64,000 nucleotides of DNA from Vicugna vicugna (Eukaryota), in assembly GCA_013265495.1 (NCBI GenBank), contig MU058463.1:4424244-4488243 (forward strand), in the 5' to 3' direction. The translations under genes were made by a program, and so were the position numbers. Positions 39,690 through 52,781 of the stretch are shown here, piece after piece. A model generated the notes under the pieces. It did no database searches, was not told the DNA's origin, and worked only from the letters and a program-made list of their open reading frames with translations. Positions within the stretch are counted from its first letter, which is position 1. The number at the start of each line of letters is the position of its first letter.

Positions 39690-41715
39690 CTTTTAAGTTT
39701 TGACAAATGTATCAGCCCATGTGACCACTACCATGATAAAGATTTAGAACATTTCATCAACTCCTCCTACACACACACACAAAAGTTTGCTCACGTTTCT
39801 TTGCAGTCAAGCTCCTAACTCCTCACCCCAGGCAACCACTGATTTGTTTTCTGAGTCAGTTTTGCATATTCTAACATTTTATATAAATAGACTTCTTCAG
39901 TATGTACTCTTTTGATTCTGATTTATTTTGCTTTGCATAATGATTTAGAGATTTAGCTATGTTGTTTCATGTATCAGTAATTCATTCTCTTTAATTACTA
40001 AGTAGTACCCCATTATGTGGAATATATCACAGTTTATCCTTTCATCTCTTGACGGAAATCCGGGTTGTTCTATTTTTCAGTTATTATTAATAAAGCTTCT
40101 GTGAATATTTATTTCAGGTCTTTTGTAAACACACATTTTCATTTCTCTTTGGTAAATACATGACAGTGCAATTGCTGGGTCAAAACATTCTCCAATAAAT
40201 TCTCCAGTGTGATTATACCATTTTACACTGCCATGAATAATGCATGAGTTGCAATTGTTCCACATTCAAGCCAACAACTGGTCTTATGTCTTCCTAATGT
40301 TAATGATTGTAGTGGTGTATAGTGGTATCTCATTAATGTTTTAATTAGCTTTTCCCTGATGACTAAAGACATTGAGCACCCTTCCATGTACTTAGCCATA
40401 CATATGTTGTTTTTTTGAAGTGTCTATTCAATTCTCCTGCTCACATTGTTTTTTAATTGTGTTATCTTCTTATTAAGTTGCAAGAGTTTTTTTTTATATC
40501 TTCTGGATAGAAGTCCTTTGCAAGCTATATGTATTCCAAAAAGTTTTCCAGTCTTTGACTTGGCTTTTCCACTTTCTTATTGGTTTTTCTTAAGGAGTAA
40601 AAGTTTTAAATTTTTAAAAATTCTAATTAATCACTCCCTTAAAAATGCTTCATGTTTTGTGTGTTCTATTTATAGAATATTTGTGTCTCTCAAGGTTTCA
40701 AAGGGTTTTGCTTATGTTTTTTCCTAGAAGTTTTTATAGTATTAATGTTTATATTTAGGCTTATGATCCATCTGCAGTTAATTTTTGTCTGCAATGTGAA
40801 GTAAGTGTCAAAGTCATCTTTTTTTCCACACCGATATCTAATTGTTCAGTATCATTTGTTGTAAATACATTTTTTCTTCCCCAAATTACCTTGGTGATTT
40901 TGTTAAAAAAAGAAACCTTCTCCCCAAAACCCCTTCTCCCTGAAAAAACTCACCCCAAACTGAGCAGATACACATGGGTCTATATTTGGATTCTCTATTT
41001 TGTTCCCTTTTTATGTCTATTTTTATGCTACTATCACACTAGCTTTATACAGTAAATGTTAAAATCAGGTGATTTACATCTTCAGACTTTGTTCTTCATA
41101 TTCAAAACTTTTCAGCTACTTTAGATCCTTTCCATTTCTATGTGATTATAAGAAGCAGTTTGTCAATTCAAAAAAGTCTCATGACATTTTTTTTTTGAAA
41201 TTGTGTTGAATCTATAAATCAATTGGGGGAGAACTGATATCTTAACCTTGAGTCAATCATTCCATGGACATGGTATATGTCTCTACTTATTTAGGACTTC
41301 ATTCATTTTCTCAGCAGTGTTTTGTAGTTTTCTATTTTGAGGTCTTGTACGTATGTTTTAAGATTATCCCAAGTACTTTATTTTTAAATACCATTCTAAA
41401 TGGCATTTAAATTGTTTTTATTTTCCAATTGTTTATTGGAACATAAACATTGTTGTTGATTTATAGAAATATGATTTTTTTTACATTTTCCTTGCATCCT
41501 GTGACTGTTATATTCATTGATTTAGTTCTGATAATTTATTCCATAGATTCCTTAGGATTTATTGTGTACAAAATTATGTCATTTATGAACAAAGAAAGTT
41601 TTACATCTTTCTTTCCAATTGGAATGCCTTTTCTTTTTCTTGACTTATAGCCAGACTGGCTAGGATCTCAAATATAATATTATATAAAGAAATAAGACAT
41701 CCTTGCCTTCTTCTC
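39690..41715 (-). mobile_element. L1MB8/L1ME1-like 3'UTR plus ORF2 fragment
   Basis: gttttgacaaatgtat, ccccaggcaaccactgatttg; ORF 40077-40265 (GSVKWYNH...DPAIALSCIYQREMKMCV) resembles the L1 ORF2 C-terminus. Confidence 0.85.
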
Positions 41716-41948
41716 ACTGTGTCTCTTCTAATTCATTTTCATTCTCTTTTAATTTATATATATATATATACATTTTTTGTCTAATTTTCTATAATAAACA
41801 CATTATTTCTTATGTAAGAACTCCTTAAAAAACTGAAGGAAATTCTGATCTCTGAATATGGAAATAATATTTGTAGCTCATAATGTTGGTTTTCAAGATT
41901 TTAATGAATCAGATACAATCTTAGAGTTTTCTTTCTTAAGGTAAAGCA

Positions 41949-42011
41949 TATATATATATATGTATATGTATATATACACATATATACACACACATATATA
42001 TATATGTATAT
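41949..42011. repeat. (TA)n/(CA)n compound microsatellite
   Basis: Directly visible. Confidence 0.9.
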
Positions 42012-43029
42012 CTTTAAAATCTCAGATAGCGGTAAATGTCTTGGTTTTGAAAGTTGTAACTATTAGAGTAAAATGTATGCGTACAGCAATGCTGAAGTAG
42101 TCTTGTTGGCTCTCTCAGGGGTATGTGTGGTTCACCCCACGATCAGTTCAGCCATGGATATTGCTATCAGCCACTAAGAGACTGAAACTTGGAGGATGGT
42201 TTGCTCTGCTGGTGACACTTGGTGCCTAAATATAGACAGTCATAGACTCAATATCTTTTATTGCAGACATTTTCCCATTGGATTTTTAAACTGAGGAACT
42301 AGAATTCATACCTAAAAAAGTTTCTCAGCATTCAAATTAAACACATAACTGTGGCAAATGCATCGATTTTACAGCTATATCCTTTTACAATACCACCCTG
42401 AAAGAGATTGATCCTTGGCATGATTTTGTCTATGATCCTTCTGTGAATATAAAGTGTTCTCAGTAATGACAGGCCACCTCACTGCAAACTGCCTTGTGCA
42501 CAATTTCCTTTGGTTTGTAAAAAGTGAATTATTAAAATTGGATTTGATGCCTGAATTCTTTCTGTTTGTAAAACACCTGGCTCTCAAACTCACTTTTGAT
42601 GCATGGGCTCTTGCCTAAGTCTCTCAAATTAACATGGTTGCTCATTTATCTTTACTTTTGTTTCCGCTTCTACTTCTTGGCAATTGTGGTTCGTTTCCAG
42701 ATCCTTTAATACCTAGGATGAAAGTTATAAGATGACTGTGTCTGTAAATAACGCCCATACAATGTTAAATTCCCCAATAAGCCAACACAAAGTAAGTGGG
42801 GAAAAGGATTAACATATATTAACTATTAGTTTAGTAATTTCTGCCTGTCTTCATTAGTCTGGGTATTAATTTTCATTAATCTCACCTTAATTTCATTAAG
42901 ATTCTGAGTATTTGCTTACAGAGCTGCCTTTCACATTACATGAAGGTTTTTTAAAATGGATCTGTTATTTCTTGGAATGGTCTATCTACTTTAAATTGAT
43001 TTGCCATCCCACTGTTTTGAACGCCATCT

Positions 43030-43185
43030 GTGGAGTCAAGAGGTCTGGGCTTTTGTCTCTGTTTTGCTCTTGAGTAGTTGTGTGACCTTGTATAAAACAC
43101 ATTTTTTTCTGGGATTCAGTTACCTCATCTGTGAGATGAGGAAGTTGGTCTAGACAGTCCCTTGTATTTCCAGTATCTCAGGATT
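43030..43185 (+). mobile_element. MIR/MIR3 SINE
   Basis: ggagtcaagaggtctggg, tgtgtgaccttg and cagttacctcatctgtgagatgagg. Confidence 0.75.
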
Positions 43186-44029
43186 ACAAACTGATTAAAG
43201 TTCTTTACTGGAAATTTCAGTCTCCAAATGGACTTCTGCAATAGAAGGTTATATATAGTCATTTGCTTTCCATGTCAAATTTGTTCTGCATCAGTATATC
43301 ATACAAATGATGTCAAATGGGTTATTTTAAAGAGTACAAAAGCAGTACATTTACAGTAGCAGGTAGCATGATAGATGACAAATCATCTGTTTGTCACGTC
43401 AGTAAAGGAGAAAGACATGCATGCAGTTATATTAAATCACTGCTATTGTATTTGTTGTCTACCTAGAGTAAAACAAAGGCTCTTTTGTTACATTACTGAT
43501 TCCTAGATGGGAATGTTTTGTAATGTGCTCTCTGAAACTGCAGAAGAGAAATTGTTTTTCCATTTTCTGACAAATCTTTCAATAGTCTTCTATTGGTTCA
43601 AGAAAATCATTCCCTTTGAGCCAATAACTTTCACATCCACTAGAAAGTCTAATCTTGTATTTTAGGACTCTTTTTGGTCAAGTTTTAAACAGGCTGAGTC
43701 ACTGAGTTGTCACTGGTGCTGCTGGTTTAGCAAACAGAGTTGTCTACAATAGAGGAAAAAGCACTGAAAGCCTCCCAGCCTCTCACCTTTTACATCAGAA
43801 GCCTTCTAATTAAACGTTTCTCTGAACCTCCTGGGAGTTTGGATTGCTGAGTATAGGATGCCAAGAATGGATGAAACTTCACCTTCTTTGGTATGTTTGG
43901 CACCTATTTTCAACCTGTTCACGTGACTCCTTGACTACCTTCCTATATGACTCCCTTTCTATATTCTGTATTATTAGAATTGGAGCATTTTAGCAGACAG
44001 GGTTCCATGCATTATTTATTATTGTCTGA

Positions 44030-44255
44030 TAATAGCGATCATCTATTCAACTCTACTAAGTTCCAGTTTCTATATTATGAACTTTGTTAATATCCAATGC
44101 CATTAAACTGTTACAACAGTCAGAATATTGCCCTTTGAGGGACATGGATGCTAAAAATCAGCAAGGTTAAGTAGTTTGCCCAAGACCACACAGTAAGAGG
44201 AGGAGCTGGAGGATGATCTCAGCTCTGTAACTACAAAGCCTTTGTTCTTTCACTG
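44030..44255 (-). mobile_element. MIR SINE
   Basis: aaggttaagtagtttgcccaagaccacacag...ctgtaactacaaagcc. Confidence 0.7.
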
Positions 44256-45399
44256 GGTCTTAGGTATGATGTACAACAGAGCACAGTTTATATGTTCACT
44301 CTGAATATGAAAGTTGTTCATAATGCATATTATATTAGGTTGCTTATGGATTAAACAATGAGACCATTGCTTCATCCATCAAATTCCTTTTTCTTAGTTA
44401 TTTGCATCTTATTTTCCCACTGATACCATATTCCGTTAAGAGTTATTTGCATTATGGTTTTATTTCCTTCTATTTGGCCCAGTTCCTGCAAATAAGGCCA
44501 CAGACACTCCTGACAATGGTGCAGACATGCAGGATTAGGCCTTTAAATAAGCTCTCTCTTACCCCCAGCTGTGGATTCTGTTATTAAAAATTTTAGCCCC
44601 TTACCCTTGATCATTTACAGAATCAAAAGTAAAGAAAAACTTTTGAGACTATGTGAAGGTAACCCTTCACTTCACAGAGGAGGAAAATAAGTCCCCCCAA
44701 ATTTAAATATTGTTCAACATATTTATGCAGCTTGGGAAAGTTTTGCAGTTGCTTAAATTGTTGAAAGAAATAAAGACACTCCCATTACTATGCTTAGGTC
44801 TACAGAATGATAGATAATCCAATTAATTTTGTCCTAAAGTCTTTCAACTTCTTGGATATCCTGTATATAACAGTCTATAAAATGGTTTTTAAATCATTTT
44901 TTCCCCAGATCATCTAATCATGACCTATTTTCTGATTCCTAAAAATGTTCCTAATGTATGGCTGCTTCATATTTTGGTGACAATAGTATTGTTCATACAA
45001 TAAGGGCATCATTGTTTAAGACACATTGTTTCATTTGACCAAGCTTAGTGGGGTTTACAGAGCTTCATTTAGGGGGTCTCAACAGCAAAACTTAAAAAAA
45101 AAACACTGCCAGTAGATAAAAATACTAATTAATAAACCCCTGTTATCCCATACGAAGACATAATTGGATGAGGCAAACATGAATTTTGTAAGAAATTAAG
45201 AATGAACTCCTGGAGTGGAAGACATGCAAAGCCTTTTATTGAAGGCTCTTGGAGTCTATTCCTTGATTTGATCAGGTTGGTCATTCTCGACCTTGGGCAG
45301 ATAGCTATTCTGCCATATACCTATGTCTGTTGTACTAAAAGAAAGCTGTCTTGCATGCTCTTGTGTAAATAATTAGCCAGGTGTGTTATGCATCCACCC

Positions 45400-47850
45400 A
45401 GGAGAAAGCTAGCTACTTATTTACTTCCCACCTGAACCACTTTGTTTCCCTGGTTCACCATTATAGACCCACAACATCCCTAAATTTCTTCGTCTGCTCT
45501 GGTGGACTTGACTAGTTAAACTCTATTCATCAGCCACTCCAGCAATGCTGTCATCCAGGACAAGCCTATGGTACACCCCTTGCATATTTTAGTTTTCACT
45601 TCTCAAAACAATTTCAAACCTTCTTTTGAACTTTCATCAGACTCTTACAACCCACCTCCCTCGCTCTTAGTGGATGACCTTGTCTCACATTTCACTTTTG
45701 AAACAGAAGCCATCAAACAGAAACTCTCCAAGATCCACAACTACCAACTTACCTACGTCTGTAGCCAACTCTCTGACTAGTCCTTTTATTGTGGTGGAGT
45801 GTCCCTGTGTCTATCAAGGGTCAAAACCCTCAGTTTATTGTGATCTAAATCATGTTTTTTCTTAATATTTTAGTATCTTGGCTCCACTAGTTTTCCCCCC
45901 TCTGTTTCTTGCATCTTCTTTACCTCTCCACTGGATAATTTCTATCAATACGTAATGAATTTTCCCTTCTATCTTAAATATTGTCTCTTAAAAGAAAAAT
46001 TCACCTCTTTGTGATTATAGCCCCATTTCTCTGCTCCCCTTTAGAACAAAGTTTCTTCAAAATAATTTTTTTCCCACGTGATATTTATATTCTCTCCTCA
46101 ACCAACTCTAATTTGGCTTCTATCCCTTCAACAAAACTATGGTGGCTCCTGTCAACATCAAGAAATGACCTTTTGGTTGCCAATAAAATGGTCATTTCTC
46201 TGTTTTTATATTTGTTGACCTCTCAACAGCATTTAGCCTTAGAAAGCTCCTGGGACCCTTCTCCTTTCTCTCTAGTCTTCCTTGGTAATTTCATCCAACC
46301 CTATTTTAAAAACAAAACAAAAAACAATGTATATGCCAATGACTCCAAACTCTATCTCCTGAGTCCTGACATTTCCCCATAATTCTAGATTCATGTATCC
46401 AATGCCTACTGAAAATCTCCACATAAATGTCTAATGGATACTTTGAACTTAACCAAACAGAATTTTAAATTCTAGCACATCTGAACTCCACTGATTTTAT
46501 TTTAGTCTTTCTCGTGCTGGTTAATGGTGTCAGTTGTTCAAGTCAAAAATCTAGGCTTTATCCCTAAGTTTGTACTTTATCTCACTTGCTAAATCTACTC
46601 TTCTGATGAGTTTTGTTGATCATTTCTCAGATATATTGACCCCATTCATTTGCTTTCCTTTCTGTCTCCATCCTCCTAATCTAATCTACCATAATTTCAT
46701 TTGACTTACTAATTAGTCTCCTCTTGGTCTCCTTGTGTTTACTTTTGTCTCCTGGGCTGGTAAACTGTCTTTTTGTTCTCTGATCTCTTGTTCAGCTCTG
46801 TGCCTCAGAGAACTAAATTTCCCGTCCTCTGTTACCCTCTGGTTCTGAATAGACTGCCAATAGAAGGAATTGGTGGAAGGCTGCTTTTTGTGTTGTCTCC
46901 TATACCACATCTTCTCTGTGGTTCCAACTCCTGCCAGATAGTTCCACCTGACTCTCCCAGGAAGCCTCTCTCATGCTGATGTCAGTTGCATGACTGCAGC
47001 ATCTGGGCCCTGCTCATGCCATCTCTGCCCTCAGTGCCTTCAGTTCCTGAAGAAGTAGTGGCTGTGGTGAATCTCAGATTGCTTCATCATACCCTGTTTG
47101 AATTTTCAGCTCTTCTATCAGCTGTGTACTGAGTTCCTAGTACTAAATATCCTTTGTTTAAAAGACCCTAAGCGATTTTAAAGCGTTTCTTTATTTAACA
47201 CTAATTAATATACTCCTACACAGTATAATTTCCACACAGCAGCCAAGAAATATTTTAAAAAATGTAACTTAGATCCTGTTACCTCTCCCTTTCCAGACTC
47301 ATTTAAATCTTTCCAAAAACTTATCACAATGAGAATGAAATATAAACCCCTTATACTGGCTGGCAAAGCCCACCATGATCTGGTTCCAGTTCGTGACTCT
47401 TACCTCATTTATACCACTTTACCTTTCACTCATTATACTCCAGCCATGCTGGCCTTGGTTCTGTTCTTTGGCTGAACCACGTTGTTCTGGCTTCAGGGCT
47501 TTTGCACAGACTCTTCCCTTTACCTGGAATTCTCTTCTCTCTGATCCTCATACATGGCTCCTTCTTATCACTCAGATCTCAGCTTTCATACCAGCTCTCC
47601 AGTCAAGACTTTGATGATTCCCATTTTAAAATGATCCCTCTTAACTCTCACAATAATCTATGTTAATTCTTTCATATTATTTAATATATAATCATTTTTA
47701 TTCTTCTCTTTGTCATATTTCTGATTTATTCAAGCATCCACTTTGTCTCTATCTTCTAGGCAGAGACCCTCACCTGTCTTGTTCCAGCTTTTAGAACAAT
47801 GTTTGGTACCTAGAAACCATCAATAAATATTTGAATGAATGTATGAATAA
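45400..47850 (+). mobile_element. Long L2 remnant split by an LTR33-like insertion
   Basis: tatatgccaatgactccaaactctatctc (YADD-like RT region), ttccacacagcagcca, and tail caataaatatttgaatgaatg. Confidence 0.8.
46760..47212 (+). mobile_element. LTR33-like ERVL LTR
   Basis: gctctgtgcctcagag, ccctctggttctgaatagactgccaatagaagg, ctctgccctcagtgccttcagttcctg and ctaattaatata end. Confidence 0.6.
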
Positions 47851-48124
47851 AAGCAAATCAGACTTCTGGTTAGGCAAGGGTTGCATGGATAAGCACTAGA
47901 ATCCCTAAATTAAGTACTTGGTGTGTAAAAGGTAAATTGAAAAATGTTGCTGAAATACTAAGTCTTATGTATGAAAGAAGATTGTAGCCTAATATAAAAG
48001 GAGATAAAATACTAGAATCAAATTCATTACTGTGTATCTGCAGGCTGAGCCACAAATATACTGTCGTGCCCTTTATAGCTGAGTGGAAAGAGGTTAAAAA
48101 CAGTGGCTTCAGTTTTCTTCTGCC

Positions 48125-48830
48125 TGGGACTTCAACTTCTGGTATGGCTGACAAGGTAATTCAGTTCAACTCCAAGACTGAAAATAGCTTTAAAAGGTGA
48201 ATAAAATAAACTAAAAATACCGGCTTGAAAGCACTGGTGAGCTAATAAGGCAGTAGAAAATTACAGAGTCGAGATCTGGAAGGAAAAAGGAGGTCCAGAA
48301 AAGTAAGCCCAGCATGTCAGTTTTTCTTTAGGGAAAGCTGATTCTGAAAGAGGCAGCAGAGAGGCTGAAAAACACAGCAGGGATTTTGACAGCTATTTGG
48401 GACCCAGGGGCCAAAACTGGAATCACAGCAAGGGTGACCAAGAAGTAGACTGAAAATGTGTTTATATCCAGAGTATATAAAGAACTTCTACAAATTAATA
48501 AGCTAAAGGCAGGCAATGAAATAGAAGTCCAAAGACTCCACTGGGCACGTCCCAAAGAGGAGGTACAAGTGGCCAATAGCATGGAAGGTGTTCAACTGCA
48601 TCAGCAATGAGACAAATACAAAATAAGCCCACAATGAATACCATTACACAACCATCAAAAAGGATATAATCAAGTGTTGGTGAGGATGTGAAGTAACCGG
48701 AACTCCCATATAGCTAGTGAGACTGTAAAGTAATACAACAAATCTTGGGGCATGACTTGGCATTGTCTTCCAAAGCTGAAGTTATGCCATTCCAGCAGAA
48801 ATGCATGTGCCTGTGTACCAAAAATAGTTA
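48125..48830 (+). mobile_element. Old L1 fragments (5'-end-like segment followed by an ORF2 3' segment)
   Basis: tatatccagagtatataaagaacttctacaa and caagtgttggtgaggatgtgaagtaaccggaactc are L1 ORF2 end; continues at about 50370-50660. Confidence 0.65.
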
Positions 48831-48834
48831 TACC

Positions 48835-50362
48835 AATATTATTTGTTACTTCAAATGTTTTTTCTGCTCCTTTCTCTCTTCTCTTTCTAATATTCCAGTT
48901 ATGTATATAATATACTTTTTTACATTGTCCTACAGTTCCTGCATATTCTATCCTTTTTTTTTCAGTATTTTTTTTCTTCTTTGAATTTCAGTGTGGGAAG
49001 TTTCTACTGATGTATCTTGAAGCTCGTTGCTTCTTTCACTGGTGGTATCCAGTGCAGTGATGAGCCCATTAAAATGATCCCTCATTTTTGTCACAGCCTT
49101 TTTGGCTTGTGGCATTACCTTTGATTCTTTTAGAGTTTTCACCCTTCTACTTACACAACCCATCTGTCCTTGCATGTTGCCTAATTTTTCTAACAGAAAA
49201 AGGACAGAATCCTTAACATATTTTAAATTTCCTATCTGATAATTTAAGTATCCATTGTCATACCTAAGTCTGGTTCTGAGAACTGCTCTGTTTCTTCAGA
49301 TTGTGTTTTTTATTTTCTTTTCATATGCCCTGAAATTTTTTTGTTGAAAGATGGACATTTTGTATCAGGTAATAGGAACTGGGGTAAATAGGTCTTTCGT
49401 GTGAAAATTTATGTTAGTCTGGCCAGGAGTTTGTGTTTAATATTTGCTGTAGCTACAGGTACTGGAGAATTCAAAGATTCAAAGTCCTTGAACGTCCTTG
49501 GTTTTTGTCTTCTCTCTTGATTTCCGGCTTTCCTAATTACTCCTCAAAAAGAGACTGTGTTTTGCAGCTCCTTCAACTGTAATCCACTAGAGCCCTGTTG
49601 ATGTGGTGGTAATATGTTGCGAAGGGGAAGCATTTCATAATCATCTGATTAAATCTCAGATTTTTAGTGGGCTTGTGTCTTGGGGCTGTGACCTTCACAA
49701 GTGTTTCTGCAGTGGTATAACTTTTTTCTCCTCCACCCTCTACTCCATTCCCCTGGCTGCAACATTCTTAATCTACAAAGCTCTGATTTCTGTTGATGTG
49801 TTTTTTTTTCCCCCCAGTCAGATGAGACAAGAAGGCTGTAGGGGATTGAAGTGTGGGTGAATTCACTTCTCCCACCTAGGAGAAGGCTCTGGTAATGTCC
49901 TTTTCTCTGGAGAGGATGCCTTTGCTATAGAGAAGGCTCTAGATATATTATACAATTACTGTTTTTTTCCCTCCTCCCTCCCAGAACTATCAAAGGATCT
50001 TTCTCAGATCTTTACCATGAAAACCTGGTAAGATTCCTGAAAGAACATATGCGGGTCCCCCAGAAATTTCTTACTCTTGGGCTAATTCATACACAAGCTC
50101 CATCAGTTTGTCAAAATTACCATTTAAATGCTCCTCCCAGTTTATAGCTTTAGTAGATTTTGTTCCAGAGAAACAGATCTGGGCTGTGACTTTCTGTTTG
50201 TTCATGTCTCTTCAGATTTTGGAATGATGATTTGCTCTGCAACCTGTTTTCTGGTGGGCGCAAGAAAAGTTGTTGATTTTTGGTATGTCCAGCTTTTTCA
50301 CTTATAAATATGGGAGTGACAAATTCTAAGCTCTTTACATGTTAGAGTTGAAACCAGAAGCT
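48835..50362 (-). mobile_element. L1MC/L1MD-like 5' end and ORF1 region
   Basis: ORF 48948-49175 resembles the ORF1 coiled coil (KKAVTKMRDHFNGLITALDTTSERSNELQD); terminus gctctttacatgttagagttgaaaccagaag. Confidence 0.75.
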
Positions 50363-52354
50363 TCCTATATTATTTGTAATAGCAAATCACGATGAATCTA
50401 AGTGTCCTTCAAAATAGATTAAATAAATACAATGAAATAATATGCAACAATTAAGCACATAATAGCTTGGTCCCATGGTGATAATATTGAGCCACCAAAA
50501 AAAAAAAATGAAGAAGAAAAAAATCACAAAAGGAAAACTATGGAATAGTATTAGAATTACAGATAGCAGTTACCTTTGGGGAAGAAGAAGGAAGTAGTTA
50601 CTGCGGGAGAGCATAAGGAGTATGTTCTATTTCTTGACCTTGGTAGTGATCATGTAGGTATTCACTTTGTGGTATTTCTTGGGGTGCAGTTTTCTGATAG
50701 CGTGTTATATTAATGAATAGCAATGTGTGAAAGAAGTGACTGGATAACTTTGGGTCACATACGTTTTCTAAATATCTGAAGATCATTAGGAAAATAGTTT
50801 TCCCTCTTATATACTATAAAAATTTGGTTAAATGTGTTGAACTTGTTCATCGGTAACTTGACTTTTACACATAAAATCAAAATGTGCTTTATAAAATCAG
50901 TAGTGCTTCTGTTAAAATGACCAGTTATCCTGGCATATTTGGGGGGGGGGTCCTGAAATTTAATTATTTGAGTTGAAACTAGGTAATAGAGCTGGGGTCC
51001 ATTTCAAGATGTAAATGTGAAAGGTGATAGCATCAAAAAACTAAATAAAATGTTCCATAACCTTAGGTGATAGGGAATGATTTTAAGAAAAGCATGGCCA
51101 CTACGTCTGCACTCCCAGCACGTGGCCCCATCACTCATTCTGGCAACAGTGATAGCTCTGGAGGCTAAAGAGCATCTCTCCTTGTACCCTCAGGTGTGGA
51201 ACCCATCGCTCCCTCTTCCAGTTACTTTCTCACTTTGGTGTCCAGCTTCTCTTTGTCTCTTCTCTTCTATCCCTTCTACTCACACACTGCCTTTATTTAT
51301 TTTTTTTACCTGTGGCTTCTACCCACTCATGGCTTCTTCTGTGCTGTGACTGCTGCTTATTACCTCTCCCCTGGGTGACTCCTTCAGTTTCTGCTTCTGC
51401 CTGCAGCGTGTTTTGCTTTCCGAGTCCCTGGAAAGACCTGCTCAGATTTCATGGTCATGCACAAGTGCACAGTAGCAGCTTTTGGCAGGCTGCTCCTGCC
51501 CGACGCCCCACAGAGGCTGGCTGGCTCTTTTCCCACCTCGCCTATTAAGGAAGGCACTTAGGTCAAAGATGATCCCTAGGCCTGGAGCCCCAGTAATTGA
51601 TGATCACGAGTGGATTTTGTGGCTCTTGGAGAGTATTATGCCTTGTCCAATATATGAAATAAACGTTTGTCAGACAGTCTCATATATTAGGCAGAGAGGG
51701 CAGTGTTGCTAAGAGCTAGGAAAGGTGTAGGAAGAATCACACTCTGGGCTTGGACAGGAAATGACAGGACGGAGTATCTGAAGATCAAGAGGGACCCCAG
51801 GAATCCCAGTCTTCTCAGGAAAAGTCTGTACTATTCATTCCGGAAGCTTACGTGGCTGCTGGGAAAACACACATCCTTCTTTGAGAGGTAAGGGAGAGGT
51901 ACAGGGAGGACCGGGAATTTGGAAGACAGTGCTCAGACCTCAGAGTTTTTGTTCTAAACAAGTAGGATCAATAAGAAGAAATTGCTTTAATGAATACATT
52001 GTGTTCAGCAAACACAGCAGCTATGCGTGTAGCAGGCCATTTAAGGAGAGGTAATTCCCTAATGTACTAGTTGTAGACATGTTAACTCTTGTGTAATCCA
52101 GAGACATTATTAGCCATGGTTTCTTTACAAAGCTACTTTCAACACTTTGGAATGCTAAAGTCCTCCTGGTATTTGAATTACATATCTGTCTTTCCAAGTC
52201 CTGGTGATGGAACCCCTGAAAAAGAAATTAAGGGCATTTTTTGTGTTTACACTTGGACTTTGCTAGCAGGGAGTAACAGCCACAGTTCAGTCCACCAAGA
52301 GGAAGACAGTCTCTTTAAGGAGGTTAAGAAAATACCCTGAACCAAGGAAGAATT

Positions 52355-52672
52355 CAATAGTTCTGAAGTTTCAGTTATGCAAGATGAATAAATTCTGGAG
52401 CTGTGCTGCATTACACACTGCCTCTCATTAACAATACAGTATTGTGCCCTTAAAATTTTAAGAAGGTAGATCTCACGTTGAATGTTTTTAGCACACACAC
52501 ACAAAGAAATCAAAGGGACACAAAGAAACTTGGAGGTGATGAAAATGTCTATTACCTTGATTGTAGTGATGCTTTCGCAGGTATTTGCATATGTTCTGAC
52601 TCATCAAATGTATGCATTAAATATGTATAGTTTTTTGTATGTCAATTATATCCTAATAAGGTGTTTAAAAAA
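52355..52672 (+). mobile_element. L1MC1-like 3'UTR fragment
   Basis: gtttcagttatgcaagatgaataaattctggag...gaaacttggaggtgatg...tcaattatatcctaataaggtgtttaaaaaaa. Confidence 0.85.
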
Positions 52673-52781
52673 ATCAATGGACATGTGTCCTGCCTTGGGA
52701 GCAGAAAGGCATATGGTCTGAAGAGGGGATTCTGGGGAAACTTGGGCTCTTTGAAAGTCTTTGAAAGAGCTTTGGCATCAG

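Noticed and set aside
45981..46382. 133-aa ORF containing YAND
   Set aside because: Lies in a decayed L2 reverse-transcriptase region; not a functional gene
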